In this document: positions 16,952-29,442 of the stretch, piece after piece | How positions within the stretch are numbered: the stretch's first letter is position 1 | How the letters are laid out: each line of letters begins with the position of its first letter | DNA from: Opitutia bacterium | GTDB lineage: Bacteria > Verrucomicrobiota > Verrucomicrobiia > Opitutales > UBA2995 | Length of the DNA stretch: 53,992 bases | Assembly (NCBI GenBank): GCA_014529615.1 | Contig: JAABVD010000002.1 | Span: forward strand, 1,750 to 55,741 | Direction: 5' to 3' | Made by a program: the position numbers and the translations under genes | Notes under the pieces: model-generated | What the model saw: the letters and a program-made list of their open reading frames with translations, nothing else | Database searches by the model: none | Told to the model about the DNA's origin: nothing

Positions 16952-18529
16952 TCATTCCGGGAGGTAACCCCTGGCCAACGCATTGAACGCCCTCACCTGC
17001 TCTTCGACCCAGTCGTCGCCGTGACCCAGTTCGCGCGCCATGACGCGTGCAACGGCGGGCGCGGCCGCCACGGCCGCCCTCGCGTTGAGGAAGAGTGCGC
17101 GGGTTCGCCGCGCGAGCACATCGTCGAGCTGAACGGCCATCTCACTTTTCGCCGCCCACGCGGCTTGGCTCAACCGGTAGGGCAGGCTCGGATGCATGAG
17201 GCGCGTCAGGCGCTCGTCCTCAGCCTCCAGTTGGCGGATGGCTTCGGCGTCGCTACCGTACATCCTCCAGGGGTCGAGAATGTCTCGCCGGGTGGAATAG
17301 CCGTGCAGCCGCAGCCTCGCCGTGACCGAATGGGCGCTGGACAGGCGGCCCACTTCGGCGGCCCTACCGACCGCGTCCTGCGCGACCTTACGGCAGGTGG
17401 TCCACTTGCCGCCGGTGACGGTGACGAGTCCGCGCCGGGAGACACTCACGCTGTGGTCGCGCGACAGCGCCGCGGTATCCTGATCGGGACCGGATGCCGT
17501 GAGACCCCGCAACCCGGCCCAGGCGGAGAGGATGTCCGCACGCCTGATCGTTCGCGTGAGATAGCCCCCCGCATGGTCGATCAGGTAGTCCACCTCGGCC
17601 GCGCTGGGAATCGGTTCCTGCGAGGGCTCTTCCACCGGGATGTCGGTCGTCCCGATAAGCACGTGGCCGTGCCAGGGAATTGCGAAGAGGATGCGCCCGT
17701 CGTCGGTCGAGGGGACCAGCAAGGCCGTGCGGCCCGGTAGAAAGGCGTTGCTCACCACGATGTGTACGCCCCGGCTGAGCATGACCGAGGGAGCCAGGCG
17801 CGGTTCGTCCATCCGGCGCAGCGAGTCGGCGAATGGACCCGCAGCGTTGACCACCACCGCCCCGCGCGCGACCCACTCGTTTCCGCCGAGGAGATCCCGA
17901 ACCTCGACCCCCTTCACTTTCCCCCGCGCTTCGACCAACCCCACCACTTCCGCGTAGTTCAGCGCGACGCACCCCAGGTTGGCGGCGGTGCGGATGAAGG
18001 CCCATCCCAGGCGGGCGTCGTCGAACTGCCCGTCGTAGAAGAGGACGCCGCCACGGAGATGGTGGCTGTGTAGCGTCGAGAGGTGTTTGAGGGATTCGCG
18101 GCGGCTTACCAGGCGCGAGGAGCCGAGGTTCCGGCCCAAGGCCAGGGCGTCGTAGAGCTTGAGGCCCAGTCCGTACCATGGGCGCTCCCACCAGCGATAC
18201 GCCGGCACCAACAGCGGCAGGCTCCGGACCAGATGCGGCGCGTTGGCCCGGAGGCGGCGCCGTTCATCCAACGCGCGGTAGACGAGCCCGATCTGACCCT
18301 GACGGAGGTACCGGACCCCACCGTGGATGAGCTTGGTGCTGCGGCTGGATGTGCCGCTCGTGAAATCGCCGCGTTCCACCAGGAGGGTCCGGTAACCGCG
18401 CGCCGAGGCGTCGAGGGCGGTGGCGAGCCCGATGCAGCCTCCCCCGACCACGATGATGTCCCAGGAGCGCAACTGTGTTGCCCGGTCGAGCATGTAGCTG
18501 CGGGGAAGTGCGCGTAAGGATTCGGACAT
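16952..18529 (-). CDS. glpD: FAD-dependent glycerol-3-phosphate dehydrogenase
   Basis: It has the dinucleotide-binding motif DIIVVGGGCIGLATALDASARG and SGTSSRSTKLIHGGVRYL. The ATG is at 18529; the ORF track extends to a TTG at 18565. GC is much higher than in the flanks: sampled 60-nt lines give ~68-77% against ~47% in gyrB. Long shadow ORFs appear in other frames. Confidence 0.92.
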   Translation of the reverse strand: MSESLRALPRSYMLDRATQLRSWDIIVVGGGCIGLATALDASARGYRTLLVERGDFTSGTSSRSTKLIHGGVRYLRQGQIGLVYRALDERRRLRANAPHLVRSLPLLVPAYRWWERPWYGLGLKLYDALALGRNLGSSRLVSRRESLKHLSTLHSHHLRGGVLFYDGQFDDARLGWAFIRTAANLGCVALNYAEVVGLVEARGKVKGVEVRDLLGGNEWVARGAVVVNAAGPFADSLRRMDEPRLAPSVMLSRGVHIVVSNAFLPGRTALLVPSTDDGRILFAIPWHGHVLIGTTDIPVEEPSQEPIPSAAEVDYLIDHAGGYLTRTIRRADILSAWAGLRGLTASGPDQDTAALSRDHSVSVSRRGLVTVTGGKWTTCRKVAQDAVGRAAEVGRLSSAHSVTARLRLHGYSTRRDILDPWRMYGSDAEAIRQLEAEDERLTRLMHPSLPYRLSQAAWAAKSEMAVQLDDVLARRTRALFLNARAAVAAAPAVARVMARELGHGDDWVEEQVRAFNALARGYLPE

Positions 18530-18628
18530 TGGTGTGGTCGGCTGCTTCCTGAACTTGAGTTCCAAACGCCCCTATTGGGATGGCAATCGTCCTGTGGCGG
18601 CAATGGTGCGGACGCTAATCATCCGCCG

Positions 18629-21360
<2,732 letters not shown>

Positions 21361-21387
21361 TACCGAGCAAAACCCTATCCTTTCGCG

Positions 21388-23868
21388 ATGACTGTGGACA
21401 AAGAACGCCTTATACCGACCAGCATAACCGAAATCATGCAGTCGGCCTATATCGATTACTCGATGTCGGTTATCATAAGCCGGGCTCTTCCCGATGCCCG
21501 CGACGGATTGAAGCCGGTGCAGAGGCGGGTGCTCTACGCCATGTTTCGCGAGAGGTTACTCCACAACCGACCCTTCGACAAGTGTGCCGGCGTGGTGGGG
21601 GAGGTCCTGAAAAACTACCATCCGCACGGGGACATATCGGTTTACCACACCCTGGTGCGGATGGCCCAGCACTGGGTGATGCGTTACCCTTTGATTATCC
21701 CGCAGGGAAATTTCGGTTCCATCGATGGGGACCCGCCGGCCGCCTACCGATACACCGAGGCCAAACTTCAAGCCATGGCGGAGGATCTCCTTCGGGAAAT
21801 TGGCGAGGATACGGTGGATTTCGTTCCCAACTACAAGGAGAGCTCCACCGAACCAACCGTATTGCCGGCCGCCTTGCCCAACCTGCTCATGAACGGTTCC
21901 ACAGGAATTGCAGTAGGGATGACCACCAACATTCCTCCCCACAACCTGGGGGAACTGATCGATGCCGCATGTGCTATTATCGACAATCCCAACATATCCA
22001 TCGACGACATCCTGACCTACATACCCGGGCCCGATTTTCCCACGGGTGGCGCCATCGCAGGGAGTGAAGGCATCGAAAACTACATGCGCACGGGCCGCGG
22101 TATCGTCAGGGTAAAGGGAACGGTCGGGTTGGAGGATCTGAGTAGCGGGAAGCAACAAATCATTATTTCCGAGATACCTTATTACGTCAACCGCAGCTCC
22201 CTGGTCACCAAGATAGCCGAATTGATCAACAACAAGGTAATTTCCGAAATCAGCGACCTCAGGGATGAATCGGACGAGAACACCCGTATCGTGGTCGAAG
22301 TAAAACGGGGCGATTCACCCCGAGTGGTCATCAACAAGCTCTATAAGCATACCCAGCTCGAATCCAGCTTTGGCGCGATAATGCTGGCCTTGGTCAAACG
22401 CCGTCCCAAGCAGATGAATATCAAGGAGATGATCGAGTGTTTCATCGAGCATCGACGGGAAGTGGTGGCGCGGAGAACGCAATACCGCCTGAATAAGGCG
22501 GATGACCGGGCGCATGTACTGGAAGGGTACAAAATTGCCCTGAACAACTTGGATGATATCGTAAAAATCATCCGGGCATCCAGCAACCGTGATGCGGCAA
22601 GAGGGAGCCTCATGGCCAAATATCCCATCACGGAAAGGCAGACCAATGCCATCCTCGACCTGCGCCTTTACCAATTGACCGGATTGGAAAGGGAAATGAT
22701 CGAGGCCGAGTACATCAACCTCATCCAACTCATCGGGGAGTTGAAGCAGATATTGGATAGCGAATCGAAACTATTGTCCGTCATCAAGGAGGAGCTCATG
22801 GCGCTGAAGAAAAGATACCCCTCCCAGCGAAGGACAAAAATCCTCGAGGCGGAACGCGAGTTCAGAATGGAAGATATCATTGCCAACGAAGGCTGCGTCA
22901 TCTCGGTGTCGCACAGGGGCTTGATCAAACGAACGAGTGTTCGGGCCTATCGCTCCCAGAGAAGAGGGGGAAAGGGTGTCATCGGCTCGGGTTCCTACCA
23001 GGAAGACTTCATTGAACACGTTTTTACGGCAAACACGCACGACAACATCATGTTTTTCATGAACAACGGCAGGGTTTACGGGCAGAAGGTGTACGAGATT
23101 CCGGAGGGCACTCGCATCGCCAAGGGCCGTTCCATTGCCAATCTCCTGGAAATGCGGGCGGAAGAAAAAATCGCGTCCATGATCTGCGTTCCGGAATTTT
23201 CGGAAGAGTTGCACCTGGTCCAGGTCACCCGCAAGGGAGTAGTGAAGAAAACCAACCTGAAGGCTTACGCCAATTACCGGCGGGACGGGATCATCGGAAT
23301 CAAAATTGACCCGGGAGATCAATTGATCGACGTATTGCTCACCGACGGGGACAACGAAATAATTATCATTACCCAAAACGGTATGTCTATCCGCTTCAGG
23401 GAAACGGATTTGCGGGATCAGGGACGGGCCACCCGGGGGGTCAAAGGCATCACCCTGAAGAAAGGGGATTACGTGAACTCAGCCGTGGTGGAAGATCCCG
23501 GCGCCACCCTGTTGATCGTGGGTGAAAACGGGTTGGGAAAACGAAGCTATTTTGAAGACTACCGGCTGCAGACTCGCGGTGGAATCGGCGTCATAGCCAT
23601 TAAGACCTCCAGGGTAGCGGGGGCCCTGACCGTGAAGGAGGAGGATGAAATAATGATCCTCACCCTCAGCGGACAAGCCATCCGATCCCCGGTCAAGGAT
23701 GTTCGCGTGATCGGTCGCGCCACGCAGGGAGTTCGCCTGATGAACCTCGCCACGGACGACAAAATCGTGGCGGCGGCCAGAGTGGTGGATACCGAGGATA
23801 TCGACGAATCAGAGGAAGGCCAGGCGGCGGCGGAAAGTCCCGGAATAGATCATAAGAGCTCCAGTTGA
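21388..23868 (+). CDS. gyrA: DNA gyrase subunit A
   Basis: 826 aa. Motifs present are YSMSVIISRALPDARDGLKPVQRRVLYAM and HPHGDISVYHTLVRMAQ (the QRDR region). C-terminal beta-pinwheel repeats and an acidic tail follow. Confidence 0.98.
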   Translation: MTVDKERLIPTSITEIMQSAYIDYSMSVIISRALPDARDGLKPVQRRVLYAMFRERLLHNRPFDKCAGVVGEVLKNYHPHGDISVYHTLVRMAQHWVMRYPLIIPQGNFGSIDGDPPAAYRYTEAKLQAMAEDLLREIGEDTVDFVPNYKESSTEPTVLPAALPNLLMNGSTGIAVGMTTNIPPHNLGELIDAACAIIDNPNISIDDILTYIPGPDFPTGGAIAGSEGIENYMRTGRGIVRVKGTVGLEDLSSGKQQIIISEIPYYVNRSSLVTKIAELINNKVISEISDLRDESDENTRIVVEVKRGDSPRVVINKLYKHTQLESSFGAIMLALVKRRPKQMNIKEMIECFIEHRREVVARRTQYRLNKADDRAHVLEGYKIALNNLDDIVKIIRASSNRDAARGSLMAKYPITERQTNAILDLRLYQLTGLEREMIEAEYINLIQLIGELKQILDSESKLLSVIKEELMALKKRYPSQRRTKILEAEREFRMEDIIANEGCVISVSHRGLIKRTSVRAYRSQRRGGKGVIGSGSYQEDFIEHVFTANTHDNIMFFMNNGRVYGQKVYEIPEGTRIAKGRSIANLLEMRAEEKIASMICVPEFSEELHLVQVTRKGVVKKTNLKAYANYRRDGIIGIKIDPGDQLIDVLLTDGDNEIIIITQNGMSIRFRETDLRDQGRATRGVKGITLKKGDYVNSAVVEDPGATLLIVGENGLGKRSYFEDYRLQTRGGIGVIAIKTSRVAGALTVKEEDEIMILTLSGQAIRSPVKDVRVIGRATQGVRLMNLATDDKIVAAARVVDTEDIDESEEGQAAAESPGIDHKSSS

Positions 23869-24536
23869 TCCCGGGCATGGTCGGTCCCGCCCGGCTGGCT
23901 CCATTGGAGCAGTTGGGGCAAGGTAAGCGATTTTGCACCCTCGAAATTGTTCAGATTCCCGAGCAAAGCAGCCGAAGCCAGGGCGTCGTATGGGGCACAA
24001 TGGAAGGTCCTGCGCCGGGAGGGACACCATTGTTCGGCCCATCGGCTTAAAAGGCTTTCCAAATGAAACGATTGCACCAATTCGGACAGGCGGTAGGATT
24101 CCAGACCCGGGAAAAAGGAACGGTAGAGAGAGCAGGTATCCAACCAGGGACCCCAATCGATATCCATGGAATGGGTCATGAAATTGGGGCACAGGTTGGT
24201 GAATGGCCAAACGCTCTTGATAAGATTATTTTCGAAGCTGGCATTATGCGCGGCAAAGGGACCTTGAGCCCGTTTATCCCGAAACAGCTCCCAATCCGCC
24301 ACAAATAAATCCGCATCCGCGACATCTTCGTCGCGAATATTGTGAGTGGCGGTTTCCCAATGGGATATGGCGGCGGTGGACCGACATAAACGGGTGGACA
24401 GTTCGGTGACCTCGCCACCTGAAAGCCTCACCAACCCGTATTCCACTATTCCACTTTGGCGACTGCCTTCGAAATCCAGACAATAAATCGGGGATTGAGT
24501 CCAGGAAGATGCAGTGTTTCTACTTTCCTCTAACAT
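23850..24536 (-). CDS. DEDDh-type 3'-5' exonuclease (DnaQ/epsilon-like)
   Basis: Exo I is CLDFEG, Exo II is AHNASFE and Exo III is HCAPYDALASA. The start is placed at the ATG at 24536. The longer ORF-track extension to 25070 runs antisense through the IMPase-family gene and is rejected. Confidence 0.75.
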   Translation of the reverse strand: MLEESRNTASSWTQSPIYCLDFEGSRQSGIVEYGLVRLSGGEVTELSTRLCRSTAAISHWETATHNIRDEDVADADLFVADWELFRDKRAQGPFAAHNASFENNLIKSVWPFTNLCPNFMTHSMDIDWGPWLDTCSLYRSFFPGLESYRLSELVQSFHLESLLSRWAEQWCPSRRRTFHCAPYDALASAALLGNLNNFEGAKSLTLPQLLQWSQPGGTDHARDQLELL

Positions 24537-24584
24537 TCTATACTTCCCAATTAACAAGATCAGCGCCTTAAAGCCAACCCCAAG

Positions 24585-25349
24585 ATGGATACGGAAACTC
24601 TCATCCCGTTTATGGAAACACTCCTCGATCAAAGCGGAGCGGTTATTGAGCCGTATTTTTTCAACCGGGATTATTCGGTTGAGGTAAAGGCGGATGAGTC
24701 CCCGGTCACCCAAGTGGACAGGGAGGCGGAAACCTGTATTCGCACCCTCATAAGGAGGGAATTTCCCCACCATGGCATTGTGGGAGAAGAATTTGGAACG
24801 GAAAACGAAGGGGCGGAATACACCTGGGTAATCGATCCCATCGATGGAACCAAAGCCTTTATTACGGGAGTTCCCCTGTTCACCACCCTGATCGGCCTTC
24901 TCCACCGGGGCGAGCCGGTTTTGGGGGCCATCCATCAGCCATTGCTGAAGATAAGGTGCATTGGCGACAACAGAACTTGTCTTCTCAACGGGAAACCTAC
25001 CCGTTGCCGGTCGATTGCGAAGTTGGAGGAAGCGACAATGGTAAGCTCGGGTGTTCTGACGGCGGAGCAATATCAGAATGGCGCTCGTTTCGACGCCCTG
25101 ATCCGACGGGTGAACCTCTACCGCACTTGGGCGGACGGCTATGGCTACCTGTTATTGGCCTCGGGAAAGGCGGACATAGCGGTCGATCCGATCGTGCACC
25201 CCTGGGATGTATTCCCCGTTATCCCCGTGGTGCGGGGGGCCGGCGCCCGCGTCTCCGATTGGCAGGGCAACACCGATCGCTGGGAATCCTGTGTGGCGGC
25301 CAATCCCGGTTTGTTTGATCAGGTCATCGATGCCCTCAACGGCGATTGA
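24585..25349 (+). CDS. Inositol monophosphatase family protein (SuhB/HisN-like)
   Basis: It has the metal-binding motifs GEEFG and WVIDPIDGTKAF, and the C-terminal WD motif HPWDV. Confidence 0.85.
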   Translation: MDTETLIPFMETLLDQSGAVIEPYFFNRDYSVEVKADESPVTQVDREAETCIRTLIRREFPHHGIVGEEFGTENEGAEYTWVIDPIDGTKAFITGVPLFTTLIGLLHRGEPVLGAIHQPLLKIRCIGDNRTCLLNGKPTRCRSIAKLEEATMVSSGVLTAEQYQNGARFDALIRRVNLYRTWADGYGYLLLASGKADIAVDPIVHPWDVFPVIPVVRGAGARVSDWQGNTDRWESCVAANPGLFDQVIDALNGD

Positions 25350-26019
25350 CCCGGAGGATTTCGGTCTTTGCCCCGGCCACGGTTTCCGGCTCCAGAAATC
25401 CTCCAAAGGCCATACCGGGATAAACCAGGGATCGCTTTCCCAGAATCGTGCCCGGGTTCAAAACGGTGTTGCACCCCACTTCTGCTCCATCACCGACCAG
25501 CGCCCCCAATTTCCTCAATCCCGAGTTCACCTTGCCGCCCGGAAGGCTGACCCAAACCTCCTGCCGGTCCAGCCTGAGGTTGGAACAAATCACCCCCGCG
25601 GCAAGATGTGCCCCGTTACCGAGCACGGAGTTTCCCACGTAGTTGAAATGGGGGGTTTCCACGCGATTGAGCAAGAGCGACTCCTTGAATTCGCAGGAAT
25701 TCCCCAGGATGCACCCCTCTCCCACAATAACATTGCCGCGAATGAAAACGCCGGGGCGCAATTCGCTGCCAGCCCCGATGAAAGCGGGCCCGTGAATAAC
25801 GACATTGGGAGACAGCTTGACGGTGGGGTGCAGAAATACCTGACCCAGGACAACTGTTCCGGAAGGTAAATCAACCGGTGTGGAGACATGGGAAGCAAAA
25901 TCCGGACTTTCCAGGGCTTGCCCGATTTGCGGGATCCACGACCAAGGGGTATCGCCCGACTTGAAATACGACGGAAAGGGAAAATTTTCGGGAAGGGCGA
26001 ACAAGTCCTCCGCATTCAT
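25336..26019 (-). CDS. Left-handed beta-helix (hexapeptide-repeat) transferase-like protein
   Basis: Repeated [LIV]-G-x-x-x-x hexapeptides are present (IGAGSELRPGVFIRGNVIVGEGCILGNSCEF...VGNSVLGNGAHLAAGVI). The ATG at 26019 is chosen as the start. Confidence 0.65.
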   Translation of the reverse strand: MNAEDLFALPENFPFPSYFKSGDTPWSWIPQIGQALESPDFASHVSTPVDLPSGTVVLGQVFLHPTVKLSPNVVIHGPAFIGAGSELRPGVFIRGNVIVGEGCILGNSCEFKESLLLNRVETPHFNYVGNSVLGNGAHLAAGVICSNLRLDRQEVWVSLPGGKVNSGLRKLGALVGDGAEVGCNTVLNPGTILGKRSLVYPGMAFGGFLEPETVAGAKTEILRVNRR

Positions 26020-26164
26020 CCGGACCACCCAAAAGCCTAACCGAAGGCAATTCAACGGAAATGAAGGAAGTCCAGCGCCATTTGCCCGGATATCCTACAA
26101 AATCGGCCAGGGGGAGGGGAGACAGCCGAGGTAGAACTCCCCCACCCGTTCCGGGTCCAAAATT

Positions 26165-26241
<77 letters not shown>

Positions 26242-26473
26242 ACGGGAAAGAGGATGAATAATTTTCAAAATTCAATTCTGGGCAAGGCTATTTTTCAGGA
26301 TTTCATTTTTACGCCTTCCCTGCCCAATATTTGGGGCCAATCGAAAATACCCCTTGCTTTTCTTTTCTCAAACAGTAGCTTGACCTCCTTTTTGGGAGCC
26401 CACCCATTCATAAACATCAACAACTCAATATATTCTTCAGGGCATCACCCCCATTCAGATTCCCGCATTTGTA

Positions 26474-27319
26474 ATGAATTTAACTGTTAGGGACTTGCTG
26501 GACGCCGGAGTCCATTTCGGCCACCAAACCAAACGATGGAATCCAAAATCGAAACCCTTTGTTTTCGATCACCGCCATGGCATTTCCATTATCGATTTGG
26601 AGAAAACCTTCAACTGTCTGGAAAGGGCGACCGCATTTATGGAGGAAACGGTGGCCCAAGGTGGGAAAATCCTGCTGGTTGGCACCAAAAAGCAGGCCCA
26701 AGAGGTGGTTCGGGAGGCGGCTATTGCCACCGAAATGCCCTATTCCGTAAACCGTTGGCTAGGGGGCACCCTGACCAATTTCACCACCATTCTGAACAGT
26801 ATTTCCAAATACAGCGAATACCTGGGGATGGAATCAGACGGTTCCCTGGATAAACTTCCCAAGAAGGAAGCTTCCTTCATACGCCGTCAAATGAGCCGGA
26901 TGCATCGCAATTTCGAAGGTTTGATGGAAATGCCCGAACTGCCCGACGCCCTCTTTGTCGTGGACATAAAAAAGGAGGCCATTGCCCTGGCCGAGGCCAA
27001 CAGGCTGGGCATTCCGGTAATCGCCTTGGTGGATACCAATTCAGATCCCTCCACGGTCGAATACCCCATTCCGGGTAATGACGATGCGGTAAAGTCCATT
27101 CGCATTATTGTGGAAACCGTTATGGAAGCCATCCAGAACGGGGCGGTAAGGCGTGAAACCACCCGCACCCCACTGACATTCCTGGCCAATCCGGTAGCCG
27201 AAACATACTCCGAACAACTCGCGGCGGAAGCAGCCGCGAATATGGAGGAAATAACCGTTACCATCGATCCCGAATTGATGATGGACCAGGAGGGTCTCCC
27301 TCCCCGAGAAACATCCTGA
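26474..27319 (+). CDS. rpsB: 30S ribosomal protein S2
   Basis: The sequence LLDAGVHFGHQTKRWNPK...IIDLEKT...LLVGTKKQA...NRWLGGTLTNF is present. A C-terminal extension of about 50 aa follows. Confidence 0.96.
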   Translation: MNLTVRDLLDAGVHFGHQTKRWNPKSKPFVFDHRHGISIIDLEKTFNCLERATAFMEETVAQGGKILLVGTKKQAQEVVREAAIATEMPYSVNRWLGGTLTNFTTILNSISKYSEYLGMESDGSLDKLPKKEASFIRRQMSRMHRNFEGLMEMPELPDALFVVDIKKEAIALAEANRLGIPVIALVDTNSDPSTVEYPIPGNDDAVKSIRIIVETVMEAIQNGAVRRETTRTPLTFLANPVAETYSEQLAAEAAANMEEITVTIDPELMMDQEGLPPRETS

Positions 27320-27359
27320 GCCGGAGGAACCTTCAATAAATTATATTCAATAATACCCA

Positions 27360-27953
27360 ATGAGTGTGCAAATTTCTGCCAAACAGGTAGGCGAATTACG
27401 CCAAATGACCGGTGTCGGTTTAATGGACTGTAAGAAAGCCTTGGTGAAAAATGAGGGGGATATGGAAAAGGCCGTCATTTACTTGCGCAAAAAAGGCGCA
27501 GCCACGGCAGCAAAGAAAGCCGGCCGGGTTGCCCGCGAGGGCATAATCGAACAATACATCCACATGGGTGGAAAAGTTGGGGTATTGGTCGAATTGAATT
27601 GTGAAACCGACTTTGTAGCCAAGACCGACGACTTCAAGACCCTGGCCCGGGACCTCTGTCTGCATATCGCGGCGGCGAGTCCCGCCTACCTGACCCGGGA
27701 GGATGTTCCAGCGGAACAGGTGGCCAAAGAGCGCGATATTGCCTCTTCTCAGGCAGGTGCAAAGCCACCCCAGGTCATTCAAAAGATTGTCGAAGGGAAA
27801 CTGGACAAGTATTTCTCCCAGATCTGCATGTCGGACCAACCCTTTGTCAAGGACCCGGATAAAACCATCAAGGAACTGGTAACCGAAAAGATTGCCCAAT
27901 TGGGTGAGAACATCGTCATTCGCCGTTTTGCCCGGTTTCAGCTCGGGCAGTAG
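27360..27953 (+). CDS. tsf: Translation elongation factor Ts (short form)
   Basis: It has ISAKQVGELRQMTGVGLMDCKKAL (UBA-like N-terminus) and VLVELNCETDFVAKTDDF. It lies directly downstream of rpsB. Confidence 0.95.
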   Translation: MSVQISAKQVGELRQMTGVGLMDCKKALVKNEGDMEKAVIYLRKKGAATAAKKAGRVAREGIIEQYIHMGGKVGVLVELNCETDFVAKTDDFKTLARDLCLHIAAASPAYLTREDVPAEQVAKERDIASSQAGAKPPQVIQKIVEGKLDKYFSQICMSDQPFVKDPDKTIKELVTEKIAQLGENIVIRRFARFQLGQ

Positions 27954-27991
27954 AATTTGTGGGATAACCCGCTCAGGGCCGATGGAATAAA

Positions 27992-29437
27992 TTATCGGGT
28001 GCGAAGGCGCTGATTGCGGCAAGCGCGCTCAACCCGTTCGAGGTAATTCTCCACCGGAATGGTATATTCCAAATCCAAGGCGTCTTTCAATAGCGATACG
28101 GCGTCGCAATAGAGCCTGTCATCGACCAGGATCTGGGAATAATCGATGAGCACTTGACGCTTGAACTCGTCGTCACCCAGCTCAGTGGCCATTTCGAAGT
28201 ATGTACGGGCTTCTTCAAAGCTGTCGAGGGCTTCTTCTTCATTATCGGCGGCTCTCGATTTCCTGCTTTGGGAATGGTGGTATCTCGCCAGCAGGAGGAC
28301 GGTATCCTTATCTTCGGGATCAATATCCAAAATTTCTTCCAACAACTTGATGGCTATGGCCGAACCGCGTTCCAGGGCAATCGCCACCCTGGCTTCAAGG
28401 CGGAGCAGGCTCAGGTGATGTTCATCACTCAGGGTATCGGAAAATACCCGCCGAATGGTTTTAATGATGGTTTCGCCATTTGTCCAAAACCCGCGAGCGA
28501 TGACAATCTCGGCCGTCCTGACCGGTCGATCCTGATCCTGGGCCGGATCGAGTTCTATGGCATCCACATGAGCTTCGGTAGCCAACTCCAATTGATTCTC
28601 GTTCAGGTATATGTCGCCGAGACGACTCATGGTTTCATAGGTCGCCTGGCCCATGCGCCGAACGATTTCATAGTTTGCCGCGGCGTCCAGGGGTTGATCC
28701 AAGGCGATGAAGGAGTTGGCCTGAAGGATGAGGAAGTCCGACTGATCCTTGGTTTCTTCAGCCCGGGCGATCATTTCCTCGAAGAGGGAAATGGATTCCA
28801 AATGCTTTTCCTGTTTGAGCAAGGTGGAGGCCAGCCCCTTATACCAGTCCAGGGTATCGGGATCGGCCACGATAGCCTTTTTATAGGCGCTTTCGGATTC
28901 CAGGATTTTTTCCTGATTGAGGTAAATCATGCCCAGGAGGCCGAAGGTCCGGGCATCGTCCGACCCCAGTTGAGTGGCCTTGTTGAAGGCTCCGGCCGCT
29001 TTATCCCACGCATCTTTCTGCAAATGGCAATAGCCGATCAGTTTGTGCGCGGCTTGAAAGGTGGGCCATTTGAGGACGGCTCTGTTAAAATATCTCAGGG
29101 CCTGATCCAGGTTGTCCACCCGGTAAAAATGTAAGCCCAGGGTAAAATCGAGGGCCGCGCTGGCATCCCGTCCGATGGAGGACTGGAGATAAGCCAGGGC
29201 CCTGGCATCCTGCTTTTTTGCAATGAAGTCATGATAGGTTTTTAGAATCTCCTGTTCCTCCGACTTCACCGTGGGCAATTTGGCGCCCTGGGCCATCAAA
29301 TCCCGGTAGTATTCGTCGAAATATCCCGGTTTTCGCCAAAACCGCATGTCGACTTTCCCGGAAACCTGGATACAAAAACCCAGCGCAGTGAGGCCGCACA
29401 AGGTCAGACGAAATAGCGAATAACCGAAAGGATTCAT
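27992..29437 (-). CDS. TPR-repeat protein, terminal gene of TonB2-type module 1 (TtpD-like position)
   Basis: It has a signal-like N-terminus and many 34-aa A/Y/L-patterned repeats. It is the last gene of the DUF3450 / long ExbB / ExbB / ExbD / TonB operon. Confidence 0.7.
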   Translation of the reverse strand: MNPFGYSLFRLTLCGLTALGFCIQVSGKVDMRFWRKPGYFDEYYRDLMAQGAKLPTVKSEEQEILKTYHDFIAKKQDARALAYLQSSIGRDASAALDFTLGLHFYRVDNLDQALRYFNRAVLKWPTFQAAHKLIGYCHLQKDAWDKAAGAFNKATQLGSDDARTFGLLGMIYLNQEKILESESAYKKAIVADPDTLDWYKGLASTLLKQEKHLESISLFEEMIARAEETKDQSDFLILQANSFIALDQPLDAAANYEIVRRMGQATYETMSRLGDIYLNENQLELATEAHVDAIELDPAQDQDRPVRTAEIVIARGFWTNGETIIKTIRRVFSDTLSDEHHLSLLRLEARVAIALERGSAIAIKLLEEILDIDPEDKDTVLLLARYHHSQSRKSRAADNEEEALDSFEEARTYFEMATELGDDEFKRQVLIDYSQILVDDRLYCDAVSLLKDALDLEYTIPVENYLERVERACRNQRLRTR

Positions 29438-29442
29438 TTAAA

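Noticed and set aside
16928-18603. Long ORFs overlapping glpD (16928-17740 +, 17388-18191 -, 18106-18603 -)
   Set aside because: Their composition is Arg/Pro/Gly-rich, as expected from stop-poor alternative frames of GC-rich DNA. glpD itself has clear FAD-binding and family motifs.
24537-25070. N-terminal 178-aa extension of the exonuclease ORF (the ORF track gives 23850-25070)
   Set aside because: The extension runs antisense through the well-supported IMPase-family gene (24585-25349) and has no motifs. The exonuclease domain begins right after the internal ATG at 24536.
26242-26473. Sigma-70 promoter upstream of rpsB (TTGACC at ~26378)
   Set aside because: No acceptable -10 hexamer lies at 16-19 nt spacing. 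The region is merely AT-rich, and I cannot support a specific promoter call.
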